Assembly (NCBI GenBank): GCA_033813635.1
Contig: JAPXRI010000027.1
Span: 1-38,470 of the forward strand
From: Bacillota bacterium
GTDB taxonomy: Bacteria; Bacillota; Clostridia; Oscillospirales; QAMX01
DNA: 38,470 nucleotides
Direction: 5' to 3'
The notes under the pieces were generated by a model. That model had not been told where the DNA came from and did no database searches. It saw only the letters and a list, made by a program, of their open reading frames with translations. Shown here piece by piece: positions 1 through 10,436 of this stretch (position 1 is the first letter of the stretch; every line of letters begins with the position of its first letter). Position numbers and translations under genes: made by a program.

Positions 1-35
1 GGCTTACTTACCGGGGCGCGCGGAGCTTTAAAGGC

Positions 36-926
36 TTATTTTGAGCCAAGAATATAACTTCTCCTGATTTTATCGATTATATCGGTGTGCTCGAAGGTTT
101 TGTTGTAGATGATATTGATCTCGCGGACGGGGTTGAAATTTTCCACCGGCACTATCACCAGCTGCCCGGTCGCCTCCTCCTCGCGGCAGGCGCTGTGGGC
201 CATAACCGTTACGCCGAGGTTTGCGGCGACAAGCTCCTTGATTGTGGAGATATTGTCTATTTCGATTATCACGTTGAAGTTTTCGATGCTCTCTGAGTTT
301 CCAATCAGCGTGTTTTCAAACAGCGAGCGCGTGCCGGTGTCGGGCGAGCGGAGGATGAATTTTTCTTTTTTGAGTTCCCTAAGCGTGACGCTGCTCTTCG
401 ACGCCAGCGGATTCTGCGGCGACACGACGAGACAGAGGTAGTCGGTGTCCAGCAGCACCGAGGTGAAGTTGTCGTTTTTTATCTGGCCTTCGACAATCGC
501 CCAGTCGAGTTCGTAATTGAGCAGTTTGCTGTAAATGTTTTTTATGTTATCGGTAATGATATTGATATGTACGTCCGGGTGTTCGTTGCAGTAGGAGACT
601 ATCAATTGGGAGAACATATACTCGCCCACGGTCGCGGTGATGCCGACGGTGAAGCTGTTGACCGATTTCTTGACGTCTTCTATGGCTTTCGCTATTCTGC
701 CGTCAATCGCGAGCAGCCTGTTGGCGTATTTGACCAGGACCTCTCCTTCGGGCGTCAAAGTGAGCGGCTTCTTATCGTCGTAGAAAATTTTTATATTGTA
801 GATCTGCTCGAGCTGCTTGATCTGATGGCTGACTGCCGGCTGGGTGAGCGACAGGAGCTTTGCAGTTTGCGTATAGCTTCCGACCTGCACGAGCGTGGTC
901 AGCGTCTTGACTTTGGTATCGATCAT
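36..926 (-). CDS. LysR-family transcriptional regulator; the ORF is open to 959 and the ATG at 926 is chosen from RBS spacing
   Basis: N-terminal helix-turn-helix motif 'TLTTLVQVGSYTQTAKLLSLTQPAVSHQIKQLE' typical of LysR; ~300 aa with a C-terminal substrate-binding-like domain; AAGGGGA RBS 9 nt upstream of the ATG at 926. Confidence 0.8.
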   Translation of the reverse strand: MIDTKVKTLTTLVQVGSYTQTAKLLSLTQPAVSHQIKQLEQIYNIKIFYDDKKPLTLTPEGEVLVKYANRLLAIDGRIAKAIEDVKKSVNSFTVGITATVGEYMFSQLIVSYCNEHPDVHINIITDNIKNIYSKLLNYELDWAIVEGQIKNDNFTSVLLDTDYLCLVVSPQNPLASKSSVTLRELKKEKFILRSPDTGTRSLFENTLIGNSESIENFNVIIEIDNISTIKELVAANLGVTVMAHSACREEEATGQLVIVPVENFNPVREINIIYNKTFEHTDIIDKIRRSYILGSK

Positions 927-1164
927 GGCGGTCATTCCCCTTTTTTGTCGGCGAAACATAAATTAGATTTATGAAAGCCTGAGAGACTATAATTTTATTT
1001 TATCACAGTTTGGCGACATAATCAAGGAGAAAACGGTGGCTCCGTGGCGGGGGCGCTGCGCCCGCGCCGCGGGGATATTTCATTTTCGTGCTAAAAATAA
1101 ACGGACGAAAATTTATCAGTTTATCACGCCGTAGAGCGCAAATTCCGTTTAAAATAAAAAAATG

Positions 1165-1193
1165 TTGACTTATTTTTTGCAGTGTGATATAAT
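1165..1193 (+). promoter_or_regulatory. sigma-A promoter for rpsL: TTGACT, 17-bp spacer, TGaTATAAT extended -10
   Basis: TTGACT at 1165-1170 and TATAAT at 1188-1193 with an upstream TG, read directly; about 40 nt upstream of rpsL. Confidence 0.7.
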
Positions 1194-1231
1194 ACAAGGC
1201 ACTGATGTTTAAATGGGAGAGGAGGTGCAAT

Positions 1232-1660
1232 ATGCCAACATTCAATCAGCTTGTCAGAAAAGGTAGAGAAAAGACGCTTTATAAATCGACGTCGCCCGCT
1301 CTGCAGTACGGTCTGAACACTCTTCGGCAGCAGCAGACAGACAGGTCTTCTCCGCAAAAACGCGGTGTCTGCACAGTCGTCACGACGAGAACCCCGAAGA
1401 AGCCTAACTCAGCTATCCGTAAGGTGGCACGTGTCCGCCTGACAAACGGGATGGAGGTTACAGCGTATATTCCGGGTATCGGTCACAACCTTCAGGAGCA
1501 CTCCGTCGTTATGATTCGCGGCGGCCGTGTGAAGGACCTCCCGGGTGTTCGTTACCACATTATCCGCGGCATCCTGGATACCCAGGGCATGGCGAACCGT
1601 AAGCAGGGCCGTTCGAAGTACGGCGCAAAGAGGCCGAAGGCCACGGCCGCCAAGAAGTAA
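1232..1660 (+). CDS. rpsL: 30S ribosomal protein S12
   Basis: '[19 protein letters not shown]', '[29 protein letters not shown]'; GGAGG RBS then ATG at 1232 (the ORF track's 1205 start is upstream of the RBS); carries an ~13-aa insertion relative to E. coli S12. Confidence 0.95.
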   Translation: MPTFNQLVRKGREKTLYKSTSPALQYGLNTLRQQQTDRSSPQKRGVCTVVTTRTPKKPNSAIRKVARVRLTNGMEVTAYIPGIGHNLQEHSVVMIRGGRVKDLPGVRYHIIRGILDTQGMANRKQGRSKYGAKRPKATAAKK

Positions 1661-1895
1661 AAATCCTTATTCCCCGTACGGCCTGAGTGGTCCGACTTCG
1701 CCGTTGTCCGGCAAAGCGGTTCCGCCGCCGTAAAACGAGCTTTGCGGGGGTTAATATATTGTTTTCTACATTATATTACCTCTTTTGCAGGGCATATGAG
1801 CGCACAGGGCGCTCCGCGGGAGGTATTTTACGTTTGGGGAATACCTTTCGAGTACCGATGACATCATTTTATCAATAATGAAGGAGGGAAGAATT

Positions 1896-2366
1896 GTGCC
1901 AAGAAGAGGTAATGTACCAAAGCGCGAGGTTCTCGCGGATCCGTTATATCACTCTATCGTTGTCACCAAGCTGATAAACGGCGTTATGTACGACGGCAAA
2001 AAAGGCGTCGCACAGAGCATCGTTTACAGAGCGTTCGAGATAGTCGGTGAAAAAACGGGCAAGGCGCCGATGGAAGTTTTCCAGACAGCGCTGGAGAATA
2101 TCATGCCCGTGCTGGAAGTCAAGGCACGCCGTCTCGGCGGCGCCACTTACCAGGTGCCGATAGAAGTCCGCGCGGAGCGCAGACAGACGCTCGGCATCCG
2201 CTGGCTGGTTTCGTTTGCGCGTTCGCGCGGCGAAAAGAGCATGGCGGAAAAGCTCGCAGGCGAGATCATGGATGCCGCGAACAATACGGGCAATGCCGTA
2301 AAGCGCCGCGAGGATATGCACAAGATGGCAGAAGCCAACAGGGCTTTTGCACATTACAGGTGGTAA
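1896..2366 (+). CDS. rpsG: 30S ribosomal protein S7
   Basis: 'PRRG...[10 protein letters not shown]', '[27 protein letters not shown]'; GTG start at 1896 sits 7 nt after AAGGAGGG (the ATG at 1878 overlaps the RBS). Confidence 0.93.
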   Translation: MPRRGNVPKREVLADPLYHSIVVTKLINGVMYDGKKGVAQSIVYRAFEIVGEKTGKAPMEVFQTALENIMPVLEVKARRLGGATYQVPIEVRAERRQTLGIRWLVSFARSRGEKSMAEKLAGEIMDAANNTGNAVKRREDMHKMAEANRAFAHYRW

Positions 2367-2404
2367 TAACACCATATCAATAGAAATACTCAGAGGAGCG
2401 ATTT

Positions 2405-4486
2405 ATGCCAAGGCAATTTCCGTTGGAGTTAACAAGAAATATCGGTATAATGGCGCACATTGACGCCGGCAAGACCACCACAACCGAGCGAATCCTGTAT
2501 TATACGGGAATAAACTACAAGCTCGGCGAGGTTCACGACGGTACGGCGACAATGGACTGGATGGAGCAGGAGCAGGAGAGGGGTATCACGATTACCTCCG
2601 CCGCGACTACTTGCCACTGGCGCAATCACCGAATCAATATTATAGACACTCCAGGACATGTGGACTTCACCGTCGAGGTTGAGCGTTCTTTGCGCGTCCT
2701 GGACGGTTCCGTCACTGTTTTCTGCGCAAAAGGCGGAGTCGAGCCCCAGTCGGAAACTGTCTGGCATCAGGCCGACAAATACGGCGTTCCGAGAATCGCT
2801 TATATCAATAAGATGGATATAACCGGTGCGAACTTCTTCCGCGTTGTGGATATGATGAGGGACAGACTTAAGACGAATGCCGTTCCGATTCAGCTTCCGA
2901 TAGGCAGCGAGGATATGTTCAGAGGGATTATCGATCTTGTCGATATGAGAGCCTATATTTTCCATGACGATCTCGGCAAGGATATATCCCGCGAGGATAT
3001 TCCGGAGGATATGAGGGAGCTTGCCGCGGATTACAGGACGAAGCTGATCGAGGCCATCTCAGAGTTTTCGGACGATATAATGGAAAAATATCTCGACGGC
3101 AAGGACATCGAAGACGCCGAGATGAAAACCGCAATCAGAAAAGCCACGATAGCCGGAAAAATGGTCCCGGTAACCTGCGGGACATCGTACCGGAACAAGG
3201 GTGTTCAGAAGCTGCTGGACGCGATCGTTGATTTTCTGCCGTCCCCGCTCGACATTCCGTCAATCGACGGCGTCGACCCGGATACCGGAGAAGAGATTTT
3301 ACGTCACCCCCAGGACGACGGCCCGTTTTCGGCGCTCGCGTTCAAAATCGCGACCGATCCCTTTGTGGGCAAGCTCTGCTTCTTCCGCGTCTACTCCGGC
3401 CAGATAAACTCAGGCTCGTCGGTGTACAACTCGACGAAGAAGGCGCGCGAGAGATTCGGCAGAATTCTGCAGATGCACGCAAATCACCGTGAGGATATCG
3501 AAACGGTTTACTCCGGAGATATCGCGGCCGCGGTCGGCCTGAAGAACACGACGACGGGGGACACGCTCTGCGACGAGAAGGAAAAGATTATCCTTGAATC
3601 GATGGTGTTCCCGGAGCCGGTCATCAGGGTGGCAATCGAGCCGAAGACAAAGGCCGGCCAGGAAAAGATGGGCATCGCACTGTCGAAGCTTGCCGAGGAG
3701 GATCCGACCTTTAGGACCTATACGGACAATGAGACCGGGCAGACGATTATCGCCGGAATGGGCGAGCTTCACCTTGAAATAATTGTGGACAGGATGCTCC
3801 GCGAGTTCAAGGTCGAGGCGAACATCGGCAAGCCCCAGGTCGCGTACAAGGAGACAATCCGCAAATCGGCGGTTTCGGACACCAGATACGTCAGACAGTC
3901 CGGCGGCAAGGGACAGTACGGCCATGTCAAGATTACAATCGAACCCAACGAGTCCGGCAAGGGCTTTGAGTTTATCGATAAGATCACGGGCGGCGCTATT
4001 CCGAAGGAGTACATTCCGGCCGTCGAGGAGGGTATTCGCGGAGCGCTGCAGAGCGGCGTTCTCGCGGGGTACCCGGTGGTGGACATCAAGGTCACGCTGT
4101 TCGACGGCTCGTACCACGAGGTAGACTCGTCGGAGCTCGCGTTCAAGATCGCCGCCTCGATGGCGTTCAAGGATGCCGCGGCTAAGGCGGATCCGGTTAT
4201 TCTCGAGCCGATCATGAAGGTGTCCGTCATCGTGCCGGAGGACTATATGGGCGATGTATTAGGAGACCTGCAGTCCAGGCGCGCACAGATACACGAGCTG
4301 ATACCCCGTTCGGGCTTGCAGCAGATAGACGCGTTCGTGCCGCTTTCCGAAATGTTCGGCTACGCGACGGCGCTGCGCTCGAGAACCCAGGGGCGCGGAA
4401 CGTACTCGATGGAACCGAGCCATTATGTCGAAGTTCCGAAGGCGATTCAGGAAAAACTCGCGACGAGCAAAGCCGGATCAAGGTAA
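2405..4486 (+). CDS. fusA: translation elongation factor G
   Basis: 693 aa; G-domain motifs '[12 protein letters not shown]', 'DTPGHVDF', 'NKMD'; full EF-G domain order. Confidence 0.97.
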   Translation: MPRQFPLELTRNIGIMAHIDAGKTTTTERILYYTGINYKLGEVHDGTATMDWMEQEQERGITITSAATTCHWRNHRINIIDTPGHVDFTVEVERSLRVLDGSVTVFCAKGGVEPQSETVWHQADKYGVPRIAYINKMDITGANFFRVVDMMRDRLKTNAVPIQLPIGSEDMFRGIIDLVDMRAYIFHDDLGKDISREDIPEDMRELAADYRTKLIEAISEFSDDIMEKYLDGKDIEDAEMKTAIRKATIAGKMVPVTCGTSYRNKGVQKLLDAIVDFLPSPLDIPSIDGVDPDTGEEILRHPQDDGPFSALAFKIATDPFVGKLCFFRVYSGQINSGSSVYNSTKKARERFGRILQMHANHREDIETVYSGDIAAAVGLKNTTTGDTLCDEKEKIILESMVFPEPVIRVAIEPKTKAGQEKMGIALSKLAEEDPTFRTYTDNETGQTIIAGMGELHLEIIVDRMLREFKVEANIGKPQVAYKETIRKSAVSDTRYVRQSGGKGQYGHVKITIEPNESGKGFEFIDKITGGAIPKEYIPAVEEGIRGALQSGVLAGYPVVDIKVTLFDGSYHEVDSSELAFKIAASMAFKDAAAKADPVILEPIMKVSVIVPEDYMGDVLGDLQSRRAQIHELIPRSGLQQIDAFVPLSEMFGYATALRSRTQGRGTYSMEPSHYVEVPKAIQEKLATSKAGSR

Positions 4487-4515
4487 TGCAAAAGCAAATT
4501 TTGTTAAAAAAACTG

Positions 4516-4544
4516 TTGCAAAAAATATTGCTATAGTGTAAAAT
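4516..4544 (+). promoter_or_regulatory. putative internal promoter ahead of tuf (TTGCAA, 17 bp, TAAAAT)
   Basis: Hexamers read directly in the 98-bp fusA-tuf spacer. Confidence 0.45.
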
Positions 4545-4584
4545 AAATGTATTGTGAAGACAATCAAGAGGAGGATAACTTAAA

Positions 4585-5790
4585 ATGGCAAAGGCGAAAT
4601 TCGAAAGAACAAAACCCCATGTCAATATCGGAACTATCGGTCACGTTGACCATGGCAAGACAACATTGACGGCCGCTATCACGAAGGTTCTCGCGCTTCA
4701 GGACCCGTCTAAGGCGGTATTCACGGCATATGATCAGATCGATAAGGCTCCGGAGGAGAAGGCGCGCGGCATAACGATTAACACCGCTCACGTCGAATAC
4801 CAGACAGACGCGAGGCATTACGCCCACGTCGACTGCCCGGGACACGCCGACTATATCAAGAACATGATTACCGGCGCTGCGCAGATGGACGGCGCGATTC
4901 TCGTCGTCGCATCGACGGACGGCGTTATGGCGCAGACCTATGAGCACATTCTGCTCGCCCGCCAGGTCGGCGTGCCGGCGATTGTCGTTTTCATGAACAA
5001 GTGCGACGCTGTCGACGACCCCGAGCTTCTCGATCTCGTTGAGATGGAGATTCGCGACGCTCTCAACAAGCAGGAATTCCCGGGCGACGAGATTCCGATA
5101 ATCAGAGGCTCCGCTCTTAAAGCGCTTGAGTCCACCTCGACCGATCCGAACGCCCCCGAATACGCCCCGATTATCGAGCTGATGAAGAATGTCGACTCCT
5201 ATATTCCGACGCCTGACCGTAAAGCCGACCTCCCGTTCCTTATGCCTGTCGAAGACGTTATGACGATTACCGGCCGCGGCACTGTCGCGACTGGCCGTGT
5301 CGAGCGCGGCAGACTCAAACTCTCGGAGGAAGTCGAAGTCGTCGGCCTTAAGGAAGAGACGAGGAAGACGGTCGTCACCGGCATCGAGATGTTCAGGAAA
5401 ACGCTGGACTACGCTGAGGCCGGCGACAACATCGGCACGCTTCTCCGCGGCATTCAGAGAAACGAAATCGAGCGCGGACAGGTTATTGCGAAACCCGGCA
5501 CGATTAAACCCGTGACGAAGTTCCAGGGCCAGGTTTATGTTCTTAAGCAGGAAGAGGGCGGACGTCATACGCCGTTCCTCACGAATTACCGCCCCCAGTT
5601 CTATTTCCGCACAACTGACGTTACGGGCATTATAACGCTGCCCGAGGGCGTTGAGATGTGCATGCCGGGCGACCACGTCACCATCGATGTTGAACTGATT
5701 TACCCGATCGCTATCGAAGAGGGTCTCCGTTTTGCTATCCGCGAGGGCGGCAGAACAGTCGGTTCCGGAGTTGTTTCGGCGATTAAGTAG
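4585..5790 (+). CDS. tuf: translation elongation factor Tu
   Basis: 401 aa; '[15 protein letters not shown]', 'DCPGHADY', 'NKCD'; strong AAGAGGAGGA RBS. Confidence 0.97.
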   Translation: MAKAKFERTKPHVNIGTIGHVDHGKTTLTAAITKVLALQDPSKAVFTAYDQIDKAPEEKARGITINTAHVEYQTDARHYAHVDCPGHADYIKNMITGAAQMDGAILVVASTDGVMAQTYEHILLARQVGVPAIVVFMNKCDAVDDPELLDLVEMEIRDALNKQEFPGDEIPIIRGSALKALESTSTDPNAPEYAPIIELMKNVDSYIPTPDRKADLPFLMPVEDVMTITGRGTVATGRVERGRLKLSEEVEVVGLKEETRKTVVTGIEMFRKTLDYAEAGDNIGTLLRGIQRNEIERGQVIAKPGTIKPVTKFQGQVYVLKQEEGGRHTPFLTNYRPQFYFRTTDVTGIITLPEGVEMCMPGDHVTIDVELIYPIAIEEGLRFAIREGGRTVGSGVVSAIK

Positions 5791-5806
5791 TTTAAATCAA
5801 AATAAT

Positions 5807-5840
5807 GCGGAGATGAGTGTATTCATCTCCGCTTTTTTTT
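5807..5840 (+). terminator. rho-independent terminator after tuf
   Basis: 10-bp perfect stem GCGGAGATGA/TCATCTCCGC, 6-nt loop, followed by T8. Confidence 0.85.
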
Positions 5841-5860
5841 CAGAGCGGGAGAGTATAAAA

Positions 5861-6976
5861 ATGGGCAATATGGAAACAATGCTTAAAAAGACAAACGGAT
5901 TTATGAAGGGCATATGCCATCCGGGCAGGGATCGGGATATGCTCTTAAACGCCGGGTTAGGATGGGTCAGGCGGGATATTCCCTACCCGTACGATAAAAA
6001 CGGCGGGCTCACGTTGGCCTTCGCGGCGTATAAGGAGGCCTGCCGTTACTACGCGGAAAAAGGGATATACACGATAGGCATCACCCCGTACCCCAACACG
6101 TTTATCGGCGCCGGCATAGACGTATCGACAGAGAGCGGGCTCAAAGAGGCCGAGATTGTCTGCGAAAAGCTTGGAAAGGAGCTTTCTGGTTGCGTCAGGT
6201 GCTGGCAGGTGACAAACGAGATGCATATTCTGCATTTCCGCGCGCCGCTGGACGAGGAACAGGCGAAACGCTTTATCATTTCGTGCATGAGGGGTCTGAG
6301 AAGAGGGGATCCCGAGGGAGCCATAGGGCATAACAGCGTTGATACCCAATGGCTTGCCCATACCGCCGATATCGAGAGTGAGACGGGCGGAAGCGATTAC
6401 ATAGGGCTTGACTTTTACGCCGGGACATGGGGTGCGGGCGGACCGGACGACTATATAAGGGAAATCGACCGGGTTTATGATATGACGGGGCTGCCGGTGG
6501 TGCTGATGGAATTCGGGTTTGCCTCAAAGGGCGGATACATCGACCATGAACACGACGAGATAGGAAAATTCCTCCGCGACCACGGTTTCAAAGATATAAG
6601 CGACGCGAAAAACCGTCCGGAGGATTATATTAAAGTTCTTCCCGCCCCGATGGCGGAAACAATGAGAAAATGCTCTCCGGCGGACAAAATCAGCTATGTA
6701 GGAAGCGGATTTGAGCATATTCTGAAGAAGTGGTGGAATAAACCTGAAATTGAGCACACGGAGGACGGTCAGGCGGAGTTCTATACAAAGCTTCTGCCGA
6801 TGCTGATTGAAAATCCGCGCCTGGCGGGCGCGATCATATACTGCTGGCAGGACAGCGAGCGCTGCTTTACCTGCGGCAGCACGGACTGCCCGTGCGAGAC
6901 GGCCTGGGGGCTTATGAGGTGCGACGGTACGCCGAAACCCGCGTACAAGGCGGTCAAGAGGGTGTTCGCGGAGTAG
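5861..6976 (+). CDS. putative TIM-barrel glycoside hydrolase (clan GH-A-like), family unassigned
   Basis: ATG at 5861 follows the terminator and a GGGAGAG RBS; the track's upstream extension overlaps tuf and the terminator. 'VTNEMH' (acid/base-like NE) and 'LMEFGF' (nucleophile-like E) spaced as in a (β/α)8 hydrolase; C-terminal Cys cluster 'CFTCGSTDCPC'. Confidence 0.5.
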   Translation: MGNMETMLKKTNGFMKGICHPGRDRDMLLNAGLGWVRRDIPYPYDKNGGLTLAFAAYKEACRYYAEKGIYTIGITPYPNTFIGAGIDVSTESGLKEAEIVCEKLGKELSGCVRCWQVTNEMHILHFRAPLDEEQAKRFIISCMRGLRRGDPEGAIGHNSVDTQWLAHTADIESETGGSDYIGLDFYAGTWGAGGPDDYIREIDRVYDMTGLPVVLMEFGFASKGGYIDHEHDEIGKFLRDHGFKDISDAKNRPEDYIKVLPAPMAETMRKCSPADKISYVGSGFEHILKKWWNKPEIEHTEDGQAEFYTKLLPMLIENPRLAGAIIYCWQDSERCFTCGSTDCPCETAWGLMRCDGTPKPAYKAVKRVFAE

Positions 6977-7005
6977 ACGGTTTAAGGGGAGGGGGCTAAA
7001 AGCTT

Positions 7006-8166
7006 TTGAAAAAGCTTATGAAAATAATGTCCGGGCTGATGTCGCTTATTCTGAGCGTTTCGCTTTTCGCGGTCATAACGCTGTCAATCTCGCTTTTCTC
7101 GGTTAAACGGTCTTTCAGTGAGGACGGCATAAAAAAGGCCGTAGCAGGAATAGATTTTTCGGCGCTGATTAAAGTGAGCGGTTCCGGCGTTGGCGGGAAT
7201 GCGCTGCCCCTCGGTCTGCTCGCGGCCGATTTCAGCACCACCGCGAAGTCGTTCACCGGTGAGACGGATCGGGACGAGGACTCGGGCAGCCACGGCTCCG
7301 GTTTTGAAATAAGCGGCGAGCTTTTGCAAAAGCTCGCCCAAATGGGCATCGGCAGGGCTATGGTGGAGCAATATCTCTCTTCCGACCTTGTAAAAGATAT
7401 GGCGGGGAAGCTGCTGGCGCGGTACACCGAGGGACTGACCGAGTACATGTTGGACGGGGAAACGGATATCGCCGTAGACGGGGAGTTTCTGCACGAGCTT
7501 TTTGCGGACAATATGGACGACATAGAGGACCTGCTGGGGGTTGAGATGAGTAATCAGGAAAAGGACCAGCTGCTTGACATTGTCGACCAGTTTGCCCCGG
7601 AAATCGAAAAAAGCCTTCCGGCTTACAGGGAGATCGAAGACTCCATTTCCGAGAGCTCGGACGTGGATATAAGCCGGATCAGGGAGGACTATATCAGGCC
7701 CTTCTTCGCTCCGGTGTCGACGATAATCGCCCTTTCCGTGATAATAGGTATTTTCGCTCTGCTCGCGCTGCTGCGCTGGAGCTGGTACAAATGGATGATA
7801 TGGGCGGGCGTTCCCATGCTGTTTTCGGGCCTGGCCGTGCTGTCCGGCGTTTTTATAGCCGTAGGCGTAATCAACGCCGCCATATCCGGGGAAAACAGCG
7901 GGTCGGCCGCGATTCTCAGGCTGTTCGGGCCGCTTGAGGGCTCGCTCATCCTTTTCAGCGCGATTGCGATAGCCCTCGCCGTAATTTTGATCGTTTTGTA
8001 CGCGGTGTTTTCTTCGATGGCGAAAAAAACGGAGAGCGGCCGCGTATTCGCGGATGCGGCCGCGCGTCCCGCGGAGCTTGCTGAACCGCCGCAACACGGC
8101 CTGGCGCAAAACGCGGAATCCGCCGGCCCTCCGGCCGGAGATGCAGAGCGGCCGGAAGGCCGTTAA
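7006..8166 (+). CDS. hypothetical membrane protein: N-terminal signal/TM, acidic soluble region, 3-4 C-terminal TM helices
   Basis: Hydrophobic N-terminus 'MSGLMSLILSVSLFAVITLSISLF'; TM cluster 'IIALSVIIGIFALLALL...' and 'ILFSAIAIALAVILIVLYAVF'; TTG start (7006) or ATG (7018) behind AAGGGGAGGGGG. The antisense ORF 7084..8109 is Arg-rich low complexity and is rejected. Confidence 0.6.
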   Translation: MKKLMKIMSGLMSLILSVSLFAVITLSISLFSVKRSFSEDGIKKAVAGIDFSALIKVSGSGVGGNALPLGLLAADFSTTAKSFTGETDRDEDSGSHGSGFEISGELLQKLAQMGIGRAMVEQYLSSDLVKDMAGKLLARYTEGLTEYMLDGETDIAVDGEFLHELFADNMDDIEDLLGVEMSNQEKDQLLDIVDQFAPEIEKSLPAYREIEDSISESSDVDISRIREDYIRPFFAPVSTIIALSVIIGIFALLALLRWSWYKWMIWAGVPMLFSGLAVLSGVFIAVGVINAAISGENSGSAAILRLFGPLEGSLILFSAIAIALAVILIVLYAVFSSMAKKTESGRVFADAAARPAELAEPPQHGLAQNAESAGPPAGDAERPEGR

Positions 8167-8242
8167 AGCCGGGTTTTAGTGTAAAGCGGATGCGTTTACA
8201 GCGCAGAATCGCTGTTTTTCAGCCGAATTTATCCGATAGCAT

Positions 8243-8275
8243 AAAAGACGCGCCGGTTTTTCGGCGCGTCTTTTT
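8243..8275. terminator. bidirectional intrinsic terminator between convergent genes
   Basis: AAAAGACGCGCCG-gttttt-CGGCGCGTCTTTTT: 11-bp stem flanked by an A-run and a T-run. Confidence 0.8.
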
Positions 8276-8285
8276 AAGAAGGGTC

Positions 8286-10436
8286 TTATTTCGTTTCTAT
8301 CAGACAGAATTTCGCCTCGTAGGGGCGGAGCGGCAGGTCAAAGGCGAGGGCGCCGGCTCCGGTTTCGCTGTCGGGTGTCAGGACGGAGCCGTCGTCGGGA
8401 GAGGCGATTCTTACGGATTTGCCGTTTTCCGCCCGGAGCGTACCGTTATAGACCTTCCCGCCCATGTTGCAGACAAAAACGATAAGGGTGTCGCCGGATT
8501 TGCGCGTATGCATCAGGATGTCCTTTGAGATAACCTCGCCGTCGTTGAACGAGGCCTTGCCCTCGGCGCCGGTCAGCACGGACGAAAGCCCCTTGGGCGC
8601 GATTCTCACCGGCTGCGGGATAGTGATTTTTTTCGAGGAGGGCAGCATGTACTCCGACGAATAGGGGATAAGGGAAAAATTCTTGGCACCGATAAAGGGG
8701 GACAATTTGGCGTAGAATGAGTTGTTTTCGCCGTTTTCCCTGGAGCGTTCGGGCAGGGTTCCAGAGAAAACGACGCGGACGCCGGCCTTAAGCAGCGCGA
8801 CGATCCTGTCGACAGATTTCTCGGAGAGGGTGCCGCAGGCGGGGAAGATGACGCAGCCGTATTCCCGGCCATTGAATTTCAGCGCTCCGTCGGACAGCTC
8901 GGCCGCGTTCAGCAGGGCCTCGTCAATGTAGTCGAAGTCGATCTGTCTGTTCAACAGCTCCCAGGAGACCCTGACAAACGTATCCTGAATCCGCCGGACG
9001 GCGGGGGACGGGTCTTCCGCGCCGCGTCCGATCGACGGGGTGTACTGCGCCCACATCTCGGCCTCCGGGTATAAAACGGCCGTGCCGGAGAGGCGCCTGC
9101 CCTCCCGAATCAGCGTCCCGATGCGGGAGGTATAGAGATTCAAGTCCCGGAGCTCGTCGTCCGAAAACGCAGAAAAATCGTAATAGCTCGTCATGTTGTT
9201 GATTCCCATCGCGAAATGCCAGTTGATCGAGGCTTTGATCCAGTTGATGCCGATCTGCCGGTTGGCCATCCGGGAGCTGTGGTCCGAAAACTCGGTAAAC
9301 GATTCGGCTCCGCCATAGACGTCGGCAAACGAGGCGAGAAAACGCGCGATCGGGATTATGTCGGTGTTCATCAGCCTGTCCGGCTCGGATTCGAGCTGGT
9401 CTATTCCGGGCCAGTCGAGACGTTTTGCGCAGCGGTAGAACGAGCCGTAGCAGGCGATATGGGCCTGAAGGCTTTCCTCCCAGAGCATGTGCCCGCTCGA
9501 GGCGACATTGTGCGCGCGGCACCAGGAGGATATTACCCCGAAGTAGTTGTCCGCGACCTTGTCTGCGACGAAATCCCAGAAATCGCAGCGCCGCTTGACG
9601 ACATCCGGTCCGCGCCTTGTGACCACTGCGACGACCGCGAGCTCAACGGGGTAGCCGTATCTGGCTTTGAAATCCTCCGGGAAGCTCTTATGCCAGGGCA
9701 CCACGGGGTAGACGTTCTGCCTGATGTTCCAGGAGATCAGCGAGGGTTCGTCGGTAAAAAATGCGCGCACCCCGTTGCCGAACTGGTCGGAGAGCCTTTG
9801 ATAGTACTTTTCGTGCGTCACGTTGATAAACGCCCTCGTCGCTTCCGCGTCGCAGAGATTTATGCAGTCCCTCGGCTCGGAGTAGCTCTCAGCGGCGTGG
9901 GTGCCGTCGAACATGCGCCGCTCGCTCATCAGGAAAAGGTGATACTCGCCCGCGGGGATATCCATATGGAGGACGTTTTTCTCGTTTAGGAAATGCGTGA
10001 CGTCGATCGCCTCGCCGCTGGCCAGCGGCAGCAGCATCGCTTTAAACAGCCTGCCGCCCGGAACGTCCGAGCGGTATCTGGACGGACCGGAGATTGTGCG
10101 CCAGTACTCGTAGCAGACGAGTCCTTTGGCGGTAAAATCCGGGTGCTCGTCGATGACGACGCCGCCGGCAGAGCCGGAGGGATAACCCTTCTCGTCGTAG
10201 ATCCAGGTGTGGAGACCCTTGTCGGTAAAGGTGCGAAAGCCCTTTTCAGTCCTGTCCCACTCGCCGGCGTCGTTAGGGTACCCTTCCCCGTAGGGAACGT
10301 TGCCCACGACGCCTGCAAATCCCTGCGCCTCGACGCGCTCCGAGATATCGCCTGCGATGCCGCCGTGCACAATCGGGTATATCGCGTATTTTCTATCCGG
10401 GTGTGAGAGTTTTTCGCAAAGCTCGTTTATGCTCAT
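8286..10436 (-). CDS. large glycoside-hydrolase-like protein (GH42/β-galactosidase-like fold suspected), family unassigned
   Basis: 716 aa from the ATG (MSINEL...) 7 nt after GGAGG; the track's TTG at 10448 lies inside the RBS. Motifs 'FFTDEPSL', 'WHFAMGIN'; N-terminal barrel-like region plus C-terminal β-rich domain. Confidence 0.4.
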   Translation of the reverse strand: MSINELCEKLSHPDRKYAIYPIVHGGIAGDISERVEAQGFAGVVGNVPYGEGYPNDAGEWDRTEKGFRTFTDKGLHTWIYDEKGYPSGSAGGVVIDEHPDFTAKGLVCYEYWRTISGPSRYRSDVPGGRLFKAMLLPLASGEAIDVTHFLNEKNVLHMDIPAGEYHLFLMSERRMFDGTHAAESYSEPRDCINLCDAEATRAFINVTHEKYYQRLSDQFGNGVRAFFTDEPSLISWNIRQNVYPVVPWHKSFPEDFKARYGYPVELAVVAVVTRRGPDVVKRRCDFWDFVADKVADNYFGVISSWCRAHNVASSGHMLWEESLQAHIACYGSFYRCAKRLDWPGIDQLESEPDRLMNTDIIPIARFLASFADVYGGAESFTEFSDHSSRMANRQIGINWIKASINWHFAMGINNMTSYYDFSAFSDDELRDLNLYTSRIGTLIREGRRLSGTAVLYPEAEMWAQYTPSIGRGAEDPSPAVRRIQDTFVRVSWELLNRQIDFDYIDEALLNAAELSDGALKFNGREYGCVIFPACGTLSEKSVDRIVALLKAGVRVVFSGTLPERSRENGENNSFYAKLSPFIGAKNFSLIPYSSEYMLPSSKKITIPQPVRIAPKGLSSVLTGAEGKASFNDGEVISKDILMHTRKSGDTLIVFVCNMGGKVYNGTLRAENGKSVRIASPDDGSVLTPDSETGAGALAFDLPLRPYEAKFCLIETK

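Noticed and set aside
1037-1076. GC-rich near-palindrome (GGCGGGGGCGCTGCGCCCGCGCCGCGGGG) in the LysR/rpsL divergent region
   Set aside because: The repeat is imperfect with no flanking T-tract. It is more likely a GC-rich spacer or operator-like region, and no specific function can be supported.
3410-4230. Minus-strand ORFs of 235 and 153 aa inside fusA
   Set aside because: Antisense to a gene that is clearly EF-G. The translations are Arg/Ala/Leu-rich low complexity, as expected from a high-GC antisense frame.
4564-5676. 370-aa minus-strand ORF antisense to tuf
   Set aside because: It overlaps a gene that is clearly EF-Tu. It has no RBS or family motif and is a frame artefact.
7084-8109. 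341-aa minus-strand ORF overlapping the membrane-protein gene
   Set aside because: Arg/Gln/Gly-rich low complexity with no RBS. The plus-strand frame has coherent TM helices and an RBS, so the plus gene is preferred.
9216-10406. Plus-strand ORFs of 257 and 137 aa inside the GH-like gene
   Set aside because: Antisense artefacts of the 716-aa minus-strand gene; no start context or motifs.
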